Shown here one piece after another: positions 56,831 to 64,000 of a DNA stretch of 64,000 bases. The DNA is taken from contig CAXXFL010000002.1 of NCBI GenBank assembly GCA_963674965.2, forward strand, positions 512,001-576,000. Reading direction: 5' to 3'. A program made the translations under genes and the position numbers. Numbering within the stretch: position 1 is the stretch's first letter; each line of letters starts with the position of its first letter. Under the pieces are notes generated by a model, which was given only the letters and a program-made list of their open reading frames with translations, had not been told where the DNA came from and ran no database searches. Origin of the DNA: a bacterium (GTDB taxonomy: Bacteria; RBG-13-61-14; DATKZS01).

Positions 56831-57757
56831 ATGAACGAATGGGAAGCCGACATGCAAGGCAAGCGGGACGCCCACGAGGAAGAGGAAGCGATATTTGGTC
56901 TCGCGGACGCGGGGCGGGCCGCCATGAATAACCCGGATGACGAAGAGTGGATGGACTTCGAGAGCGCCGAGGCGATAAGGCGAGGCGAGCTTTCCGCCGA
57001 AAGGCGCCGGGCCTTTACGGAGTCGGCGTCCTTGTTCCTGGTCTTTCTCGGGATCATGTGGCTGATGGAGGGAAGCTGGATTCAGACCCTGCAGCTAAGG
57101 GCGGTGGGATGGAACTTTATCGCCCATCTCGTCCTGCTCTTCCTGCCCGTCGTCTCGATCATCGCCTCGCGTCGGCCGTCCGCCGACTTGGGCGTCAACC
57201 TGAAAGACCTGGCCAACCCGGAGGTCCGCAAGGTGATGAACCTGGCCGTGGCCGAGCTGGCCCTTATCTGGGCCGCCTTCATCATGGTCCCCGGCCTGGT
57301 AAGCGGCCTTCGGCCGTCCATCATCGTGCCTCCCGCTCACCTGGTCAGGCTGGACTGCGTTCCGGACGAAATCGGCCAAATGGCGGGGTACGCGCTCACT
57401 CTCGTTTTCATGACCTTTTTTTACGGGCTTGGAAGCGAGGTTTTTTATCGCGGAGCCATTCAGGGCGGGCTGAACCGGGCCTTTGGCAAACCCTGGCGCT
57501 TCCTTCGCGTCAACTTCGGGCCGGGCCTCCCCCTGGCCGCTCTTTTTTACGTGATCGGCCAGTCCTCGATAATCTATAACCCCTTTGTGAGCGAGCCCTC
57601 GACTTTTACGGCCGATCCCCTGGCGGTGGGCGTGACCGCGGGGGAGGGGTTGATACTCGGCTACCTTTACGAAAGGACGGGAGGGGTCCTCGCCCCGGCG
57701 GCCCTGCACGCGGCGGCGGGCATCCTTTTCTTCGGACTCGAGTTCCTGTCCATGTAA
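56831..57757 (+). CDS. CPBP (CAAX/Abi) family intramembrane protease-like protein with degenerate motifs
   Basis: SEVFYRGAIQ (EExxxR), LYERTGGVLAPAALH; multiple TM segments. Confidence 0.7.
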   Translation: MNEWEADMQGKRDAHEEEEAIFGLADAGRAAMNNPDDEEWMDFESAEAIRRGELSAERRRAFTESASLFLVFLGIMWLMEGSWIQTLQLRAVGWNFIAHLVLLFLPVVSIIASRRPSADLGVNLKDLANPEVRKVMNLAVAELALIWAAFIMVPGLVSGLRPSIIVPPAHLVRLDCVPDEIGQMAGYALTLVFMTFFYGLGSEVFYRGAIQGGLNRAFGKPWRFLRVNFGPGLPLAALFYVIGQSSIIYNPFVSEPSTFTADPLAVGVTAGEGLILGYLYERTGGVLAPAALHAAAGILFFGLEFLSM

Positions 57758-57868
57758 TCGCGGCGCCCGGTCGTTTCATTATCTCTCGGCCGCGCGGTGG
57801 ACAAAATTTTCATCGTCCCATTTCCTGCGCTACAATCAGGCCAAACAACCTTATGACTGGAGACGATT

Positions 57869-58654
57869 ATGGCGAGACATTTGCAAATAGGCGCGATGGC
57901 GTTATTGACGTTGGGCTTTTTACTCCCGAGCATTCCCGCGGCGGCGGACTCGAGCTGGAAGGAGAAGACGGTGATCACCCTCACGGTCGGCGCCACGGTC
58001 GAGACCCTGAGCGAGTCCGAGCAGTCCGTGTCGCTTAAGGAGAACGTGGCCCGGATCGACGACCTTAAATCCGGGGTGGCCCGGATAGTGAATTTTCAGA
58101 CCCGGCAGGAGATCATCCTGAATTTCGGGGCCAAGACCTTCGCCTTGCTGAGCGTGTCCGAGATGATGCAAATGGACAAGGAGAACAGGGAGCAGATCAA
58201 GGCGGACCTTCCCGCCAGGGAGGCGGGGCTTTCGTCCGTGCCCGAGTCCGAGCGGGCCAAGGTCGCCGCCCAGATCGAGGCGCAAAAAAAACGGTTCCAG
58301 GCCTGGGAAGGCGGCTATCTGGTGACTCCCACCGACCGCGTCGAGACCATCGACGGATACACCTGCAAACTCTACCAGGGACTGTCAAAGGGAGAGGTCT
58401 TCCAGGAATTGTGGGTGGCCGAGAATATCCAAATGGGAGACGACTACGGAAGGTTCTATAAAAAAGGAATGGCCGAACTCGAGCCCTACGACTCGGCATA
58501 TCTTATGCACCTGCCCAGCCCGCCCATCAAAACCGTGACCCACTACGGGGCCGTGACCGTGACCAAGACGGTCTCCAGGGTACTTACCGAAAAGTTCCCC
58601 ATCGACGCCCTGCTTATACCGGAGGATTTTAAACCGGCCCAGACCATCAGATGA
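57869..58654 (+). CDS. Secreted protein, DUF4412-like
   Basis: Signal peptide; TDRVETIDGYTCKLY..ELWVA..LLIPEDFK pattern. Confidence 0.6.
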   Translation: MARHLQIGAMALLTLGFLLPSIPAAADSSWKEKTVITLTVGATVETLSESEQSVSLKENVARIDDLKSGVARIVNFQTRQEIILNFGAKTFALLSVSEMMQMDKENREQIKADLPAREAGLSSVPESERAKVAAQIEAQKKRFQAWEGGYLVTPTDRVETIDGYTCKLYQGLSKGEVFQELWVAENIQMGDDYGRFYKKGMAELEPYDSAYLMHLPSPPIKTVTHYGAVTVTKTVSRVLTEKFPIDALLIPEDFKPAQTIR

Positions 58655-58660
58655 AGGCCG

Positions 58661-59326
58661 TTAGAGGTATGACTTGATATAGGCCTCCACGTCCTCGGCG
58701 CGGCGGTACACGCCGAAATGCCCCTCGCAAAGGACGTCGGCCTTGAGGGCCAATAGCTTCTTAAGGCTCGCCCGGTAAAGGTCCGGGTCCGAGGCCAGGA
58801 CCGGATGGATGGGTCCATGCACGTCCTGGCCGAAAAGGACCCGCTCGTTGTCCCGATCGAGATACGCGCAAATCGAGCCGGGCGAGTGTCCGGGAGTGAA
58901 GATAAGGACCAGCTTAGCGTCCGCGACTTGCAGAATGTATTCGTCGCCGCTGAAGGTGACGTCGATCCGCATGGGAGGAATCTTCATGCCGTACCAGCCG
59001 GCGGCCGTGCGGGGGTCGTTACCTATGGCCAGAATCTCGGCGCACTTCTCGTGGCAGATGGTGGTCAGGCCCAGCCTTTCCTTCAGCCCGGGCGCCCCGC
59101 CGGCGTGGTCTATGTGGCAATGAGTGATAACGAGGTACTTGATCCGGGAGGGATCGACGCCCGCCCGCTCGACGTTGCGGATGACGTATTCTCCTCCCTC
59201 GCCCGTGCCCGCGTCGATCAGGGCGCACTCGTTTCCTCCGTCTACCAGATAGATGGCGGCGTCTCCCCCCGAGGACAGACCCTCGCCTCCAACCTGGAAT
59301 ATGCCCCTGGCGATGACCTCGATCAT
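58661..59326 (-). CDS. MBL fold metallo-hydrolase
   Basis: LIDAG, THCHIDHAGG, TPGHSPGS, FGQDVHG, CEGH. Confidence 0.88.
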   Translation of the reverse strand: MIEVIARGIFQVGGEGLSSGGDAAIYLVDGGNECALIDAGTGEGGEYVIRNVERAGVDPSRIKYLVITHCHIDHAGGAPGLKERLGLTTICHEKCAEILAIGNDPRTAAGWYGMKIPPMRIDVTFSGDEYILQVADAKLVLIFTPGHSPGSICAYLDRDNERVLFGQDVHGPIHPVLASDPDLYRASLKKLLALKADVLCEGHFGVYRRAEDVEAYIKSYL

Positions 59327-59415
59327 GGATTGACTCCTTCGGATTGGCGCGTGCTATTCATCAAGCTTGCCCGGACCCCGCTCATGATTTACCATGACTC
59401 GGACCCAGGATCAAG

Positions 59416-60351
59416 ATGAAATTCAGCGTTATCATACCGGCCTATAACCACGCGGACGTCATCAGAAGGGCCGCGGACTCGGCCCTCGCCCAGACCCTCG
59501 CCCCCCTCGAGGTCATTGTGGTGGACGACGGATCGGCGGACGATCCCCTTTCCGCGCTCGGGTCCGCCCGAGACAAGGTGATATTCATCCGCCAGGAAAA
59601 CAAGGGGCCAGCCGCCGCCAGGAACGCGGGAGCGGCCAAGGCAAGGGGAGAGTGGCTGGCCTTTCTCGACGCCGACGATTTGTGGCTGCCGGAAAAGCTC
59701 GAGGCCATGGCCGCCCTTTTGGAGGATGACCCCGAGGCGAGCCTGGCCCACTCCGACGGATGGGTGATAGCGGGCTACAAGCCGGTCACCGAACTGAAGT
59801 CCGAGCCTACCTACTTCTCGAGCCGAAAGCCGGTCCAAGGAAAGGACGCCGCGAAAATCTTCCTGGCCAACCCCGTCATCACCTCGTCCGTCTGCATAAG
59901 ACGCGAGGCTTTCCATAAGACGGGCGGCTTTGACGAGACCTTCCGGATAAACGAGGACGCCGACCTCTTCCTCCGGCTGATGAGCGCGGGCCGAGCGCTT
60001 TTTTCTCCGCTTCCCCTCGTGGCCCAGTACTGTTCGCCGGAGGGCGCCGGACGCGACCCCGCCGCCTATCTGGACTCCTCGGTCAGGGTGATAAGGAAAG
60101 CCATGGAATATTGCCCCGCCATGACTCCCGAGTTGAAACGGTCGCTTTTCGCGACGCAAAGGGCGTCCTTCCTCTACGCCCTCCGGGACGGCGACGCGAA
60201 AAAAGCCCGGAGCGCCTGGAACGAGACCATATTGATCAAGGCTCCCTCCATAAAGGACCTGGCCATTACGGCCCTCCTCAACCTTGGCGGCCGGGCGGGC
60301 CTTAGGTATATCCAGAAAAGATTAGGCAAAACCCTCGAGGGTTTGCGATAG
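59416..60351 (+). CDS. Glycosyltransferase family 2
   Basis: SVIIPAYN, VVDDGS, ARNAG, FLDADD, EDADL. Confidence 0.9.
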   Translation: MKFSVIIPAYNHADVIRRAADSALAQTLAPLEVIVVDDGSADDPLSALGSARDKVIFIRQENKGPAAARNAGAAKARGEWLAFLDADDLWLPEKLEAMAALLEDDPEASLAHSDGWVIAGYKPVTELKSEPTYFSSRKPVQGKDAAKIFLANPVITSSVCIRREAFHKTGGFDETFRINEDADLFLRLMSAGRALFSPLPLVAQYCSPEGAGRDPAAYLDSSVRVIRKAMEYCPAMTPELKRSLFATQRASFLYALRDGDAKKARSAWNETILIKAPSIKDLAITALLNLGGRAGLRYIQKRLGKTLEGLR

Positions 60352-60622
60352 CCTCGATCCGCTCGTCGTCAAAGCCCCTGAAAAAACGCCGCCAAAAGCG
60401 CGGCCCGGAGCTTTGGGCCCTTCTGTTTCTTTTTCCCGTCTTTTCTGAAAATTTTCTCTATCAATTGAAAAAAGTCGTGTTACAATAGCCCTTGCTTTTT
60501 CTTTACCGAAAGGTAAGAAACAAGGGCCGCGCCGGGCCAAGGTGAAGCAAAATAAAACGCGGGCCATGGCGTAATCGCCGGATATGTAATTATATTTCAT
60601 ACGCTTAAGCAAGGAGAAGGAA

Positions 60623-61789
60623 ATGAATTTCGAGTTTCCCGAGGAGATAAGGGTACTAAGGTCCAACATCAGAAGGTTCGTGGATAAGGAACTCATACCC
60701 ATAAACGCGCGGGTGGAAAAGGACCGGGCCATCCCGCCCGGGATCATCGAGATGATGAAGGAGATGGGCCTTTACGGTATCAACACTCCCGTCGAGTACG
60801 GCGGCATGGGCATGTCCACGGTGGCATCCTGCGTTATCCAGGAGGAACTGGCCCGGGCCAACAACGCCTATTGTTTCCATATCAGCGGCAACATCGGCAT
60901 CGGCACCATGGGCATAGTTCATTACGGCAACGAGGCGCAAAAGCAAAAATACCTCGAGAGGATGGCGAGGGGAGAGATACTGTCCTGCTTCGCGCTGACC
61001 GAGCCCAACGCCGGTTCCGACGCGGCGGCCATCCAGACCCGGGCGGTCAGGAATGGCGACAAGTACGTTGTGAACGGTCTCAAGCATTTCATCACCAAGG
61101 GCGACATATCCGACGTTTACACCGTGATCGCGGTGACGGACAAGGAAAAGGGCAGGAAGGGCATGAGCGCTTTCATCGTCGAGAAGGGCATGCCGGGTTT
61201 CTCGATCGGCAAGATTCAGCGCTCGATGTCCTCGGACATATGTTGCCAGTGCGAGCTTGTTTTCGAGGACTGCGAGGTCCCGGCCGAGAACCTTCTGGGG
61301 GAGGAAGGGCAGGGCTTCGAGCTGGCGCTGGGCGTCCTCGAGGAAGGGCGGCTCAACCTCGGCGCCCGCTCGGTGGGTATAGCCCGGCGCCTCATCGAGC
61401 TTTCCCGCGACCACTCGCTCATACGCGAGCAGTTCGGCAAGCCCATATCCCAGTTCCAGGCCATCCAGTTCATGCTGGCGGACATGATGACCGAGCTTTA
61501 CGCCATGAAGAGCATGGTCTACGACACGGCCTGGCGCCTGGACCGGGGCGATCGGAACCGCGCCCGGGCGGGCATGGTCAAGCTTTTCTGTTCCGAGGCG
61601 GTGGGCCGTATCGCGGACCGGGCCGTGCAGATTCACGGGGGCACGGGCTACATGGAGGAGGGCCCCATCGAGGCGGTCTACCGCGAGGTGCGGGGCATGC
61701 GTATTTACGAGGGCACGAGCGAGATACAGAGGGTGATAATATCCAGGGACCTTTTAAAGAACGGACTGTCAACCCTGGGCTATGAATGA
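60623..61789 (+). CDS. Acyl-CoA dehydrogenase
   Basis: FALTEPNAGSD, NGLKHFIT, REQFGKPI..FQ, QIHGG.GY, RIYEGTSEIQR. Confidence 0.95.
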   Translation: MNFEFPEEIRVLRSNIRRFVDKELIPINARVEKDRAIPPGIIEMMKEMGLYGINTPVEYGGMGMSTVASCVIQEELARANNAYCFHISGNIGIGTMGIVHYGNEAQKQKYLERMARGEILSCFALTEPNAGSDAAAIQTRAVRNGDKYVVNGLKHFITKGDISDVYTVIAVTDKEKGRKGMSAFIVEKGMPGFSIGKIQRSMSSDICCQCELVFEDCEVPAENLLGEEGQGFELALGVLEEGRLNLGARSVGIARRLIELSRDHSLIREQFGKPISQFQAIQFMLADMMTELYAMKSMVYDTAWRLDRGDRNRARAGMVKLFCSEAVGRIADRAVQIHGGTGYMEEGPIEAVYREVRGMRIYEGTSEIQRVIISRDLLKNGLSTLGYE

Positions 61790-61854
61790 CCCTCGCGCCG
61801 GACGCCATCGGTGCTATACTCTCATAAAACAACCATTGAACGGAGGTCCTGAAG

Positions 61855-62412
61855 ATGTCATATATCGGCGCCAAAGATAGCGGGGCCATGCCCGACGATT
61901 TGAAACGAGTGGTGGATTTCCACGGGCATTTTTGTCCCGGCATGATGATCGGCTACCGGGCGGCCAAGGCCGGCCTCGAGATACTTGGCTCGGAGCGGGC
62001 CGAGGACGAGGAGCTGGTGGCCATTGTCGAGAACGACTCGTGCGCGGTGGACGCGGTGCAGGTCCTTACCGGGGCCACCTTCGGCAAGGGCAACCTCATC
62101 TTCAGGGACCACGGCAAGCAGGTCTTCACCTTCATGCTCCGGCCCTCGGGCAAGGCGGTGAGGCTGGCCCTCAAGGCCGGGGCCCTGGGCGGCGGCGAGC
62201 TCTCGAGGGACGAGAAGGCCGAGCTGCTTTCCACCCGGCCCACCGAGGAGCTTTTCGACGTCCAGCGAACCACCCTCGACCTCCCGGCCAAGGCCCAGAT
62301 AAGGAAAAGCGTCATCTGCGACTCCTGCGGCGAGCCGGTCATGGAAACCCGGACCATCGGGGTCAAGGGCAAAACCCTTTGCTTCCCCTGCGCCGGCAAG
62401 GACGCTGACTGA
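61855..62412 (+). CDS. FmdE family protein with C-terminal zinc finger
   Basis: FHGHFCPG, ENDSCAVDAVQ..TG.T.GKGNL, CDSCGE..CFPC. Confidence 0.88.
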   Translation: MSYIGAKDSGAMPDDLKRVVDFHGHFCPGMMIGYRAAKAGLEILGSERAEDEELVAIVENDSCAVDAVQVLTGATFGKGNLIFRDHGKQVFTFMLRPSGKAVRLALKAGALGGGELSRDEKAELLSTRPTEELFDVQRTTLDLPAKAQIRKSVICDSCGEPVMETRTIGVKGKTLCFPCAGKDAD

Positions 62413-62676
62413 AGCCCCGAACGGAGCGAAGGTCCATAGCCCAGCGGTGGAGGACACGGGAGTTTACATTACCCTGGGGGTAGTTGAATAAATCCGGCCG
62501 ATCACTGAAAGCGCGGCGCTCCCCATTCAGGAAGACGGCCGTATTTTCCCCGGACCTTTCCTCATTTGCGCCGTCCCTCAGGACTCATTTATTTACCACT
62601 ATCTTTTCCCAGGGTTTCGGCCGCCGGTCGCGGCCTTCAACCATGGGCTATAGATCGCCGTCCCTGATGGAACTTA
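62411..62676. repeat. Long imperfect palindromic REP-like intergenic element
   Basis: ATAGCCCA (62436-62443)/TGGGCTAT (62644-62651), ACCCTGGG (62471-62478)/CCCAGGGT (62608-62615), repeated GCCGTCCCT units. Confidence 0.45.
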
Positions 62677-62799
62677 TCGAAGGGCGGCCCGTCCGCTTTG
62701 GGATGAAGTGGATGATCTGATATGGTGGATAATGCCGGTTTGGAGTTTTTGGACTTTTTGTAATGAGGTCAGCGCTGACGGAAAGAAGGGAGGTCCCGC

Positions 62800-63225
62800 G
62801 TGAGAATCATAGCGGTAATATTTTGGGTAATCGCGGTCTCGTTGCTGGTTTACGCCCTGGTCACGGTCGACAATAGCAAGGACGTGGGAACGACCCTTCA
62901 GATACTGGGATTTTTCGCGCTTCTTATCCTGGGCGTTCTCTTTTGGGTCTCAGTGGGTGAAGATGGCCGGGACAGGGCCATGAAACTGGGCGAACCGCTT
63001 GAAGCCGTAATTATCGAGGTTGAGGACACGAGTATCTCGAGTCACGGCTTGCCTCAACTCAAGTTCACGCTTGAAGTGGCGTCGCCCGACTCGGGGACGG
63101 CCAGGATCGAATTAAAGGAGCGCGTTCCCATGAGCAAGCTCGGGAGCGTCAAAAAGGGCGAAAAGCTGGTGGTCAAGCGCGACCCGGAGGACGAAAGTAA
63201 AATCTACGTCGACTGGCAAGCCTGA
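62800..63225 (+). CDS. Membrane protein with C-terminal OB-fold-like (DUF3592-like) domain
   Basis: GGGAGG RBS and GTG start; two TM segments; AVIIEVEDT..FTLEV..GEKLVVKRDPED.SKIYVDW. Confidence 0.6.
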   Translation: MRIIAVIFWVIAVSLLVYALVTVDNSKDVGTTLQILGFFALLILGVLFWVSVGEDGRDRAMKLGEPLEAVIIEVEDTSISSHGLPQLKFTLEVASPDSGTARIELKERVPMSKLGSVKKGEKLVVKRDPEDESKIYVDWQA

Positions 63226-63290
63226 GAAGAAAGATTGGGTTTTCCTCCTCCCTCGGAGATTGGTATCGGGATTTCCCGCTTTATTAATGA

Positions 63291-63318
63291 CCCGGACGGC
63301 TTGAAAAAACCGCCCGGG
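63291..63318. terminator. Hairpin between convergent genes
   Basis: CCCGGACGG/CCGCCCGGG stem, fully paired on the minus strand with one G-U. Confidence 0.35.
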
Positions 63319-63352
63319 CCGTAATTCCCTCGACAAAAATCAAATAATTATA

Positions 63353-63685
63353 TCAATTCGAGGCGCAACGAAAACCTATATCATAATACTTGTAATCCGG
63401 GAATTCTCCGATCCTTTCCGACGCGCGTCCGCACTGGTTATCCCAACCGCCGCCGCGATATACGCGAAGCGTGCCCGACGTCGGCCCGGTCGGGTCGAGG
63501 GTCGGACTAACGCTATAATAATCCCTCACCCTCATGACGTTGCAGTTTCCGCAAAAGCCCGTCATGCGCCTCGGGATAAAGTAGGCCACCATGGCGACGT
63601 AAACCGCCATTGAGGCGTAATGCGCGACAAGGAGGGCTTTCGCGGCGTGGTCATTTGAGCGTGGCGCTATCCCCGGTGGATTCAT
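63353..63685 (-). pseudogene. Short ORF: TM segment fused to a C-terminal fragment of an FGE-sulfatase (SUMF1) domain
   Basis: DYYSVSPTLDPTGPTSGTLRVYRGGGW..RASER..IGFRCA is the FGE-sulfatase C-terminus; the rest of the domain is absent. Confidence 0.55.
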
Positions 63686-63792
63686 GAATATTCCTTTTCG
63701 CGTTATTAAAGAGGTAATTATCACTTCGAACTGCTCCTTTGGATTGTATCCCGGCATGGCCCCTCGCGATCATTCGTGTTTATAAGCCAAGG

Positions 63793-63836
63793 GTAGCCCA
63801 TCGCGTTCACGCGCGGCCGGAGAAGCCGCGGGCTAC
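63793..63836. repeat. GTAG-type REP-like hairpin
   Basis: GTAGCCC...GGGCTAC ends with internal CGCG/CGCGG pairing. Confidence 0.35.
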
Positions 63837-64000
63837 GCTCCGTTCGCGAAGACGAATATAACGTTTAAAAGATATTTCCAGACAAAACCAAGGTAGGATC
63901 CATTTACGTTCGTCCATATTATGGCGGCGACTTTTCCGTCATCCTTGAAACAGCCCGCTATTCCAAAGATAAAGCTGAAAAAGGACAGCAGAACCGTGAC

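Overview
GC-rich bacterial chromosomal segment whose gene content and order (xerC-hslV-hslU-argB-argD-argF, lptD, epmA, Myxococcus-type pilin heads, TPR/J-domain proteins) suggest a diderm deltaproteobacteria-like organism; this is an inference. About 52 CDS are present. They include a methylmalonyl-CoA mutase/epimerase/sucC cluster, a SpoIVB(S55)-peptidase plus beta-propeller pair, and ggt and dciA. A five-gene cyclic-nucleotide signalling cassette (CHASE2 adenylate cyclase, TPR-acidic-tandem cNMP protein, GAF-GAF-HD-GYP, Crp-family regulator, class II phosphodiesterase) runs into lptD. An XRE/ImmA-like pair heads an epmA-lpdA run. Also present are Fe-S/CCG and MetV-like redox genes, an intact IS4-superfamily (IS701-like) element with perfect 21-bp terminal inverted repeats, the xerC-hslVU-arg block, and a dedicated J-protein/Hsp70 pair. 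The most unusual item is a 1169-aa membrane-anchored protein carrying an embedded type IV pilin head, next to a catalytically degenerate CPBP protease. Several palindromic MITE/REP-like intergenic elements occur. No rRNA, tRNA or CRISPR array was recognised. All calls come from motif recognition by eye; no database searches were run.
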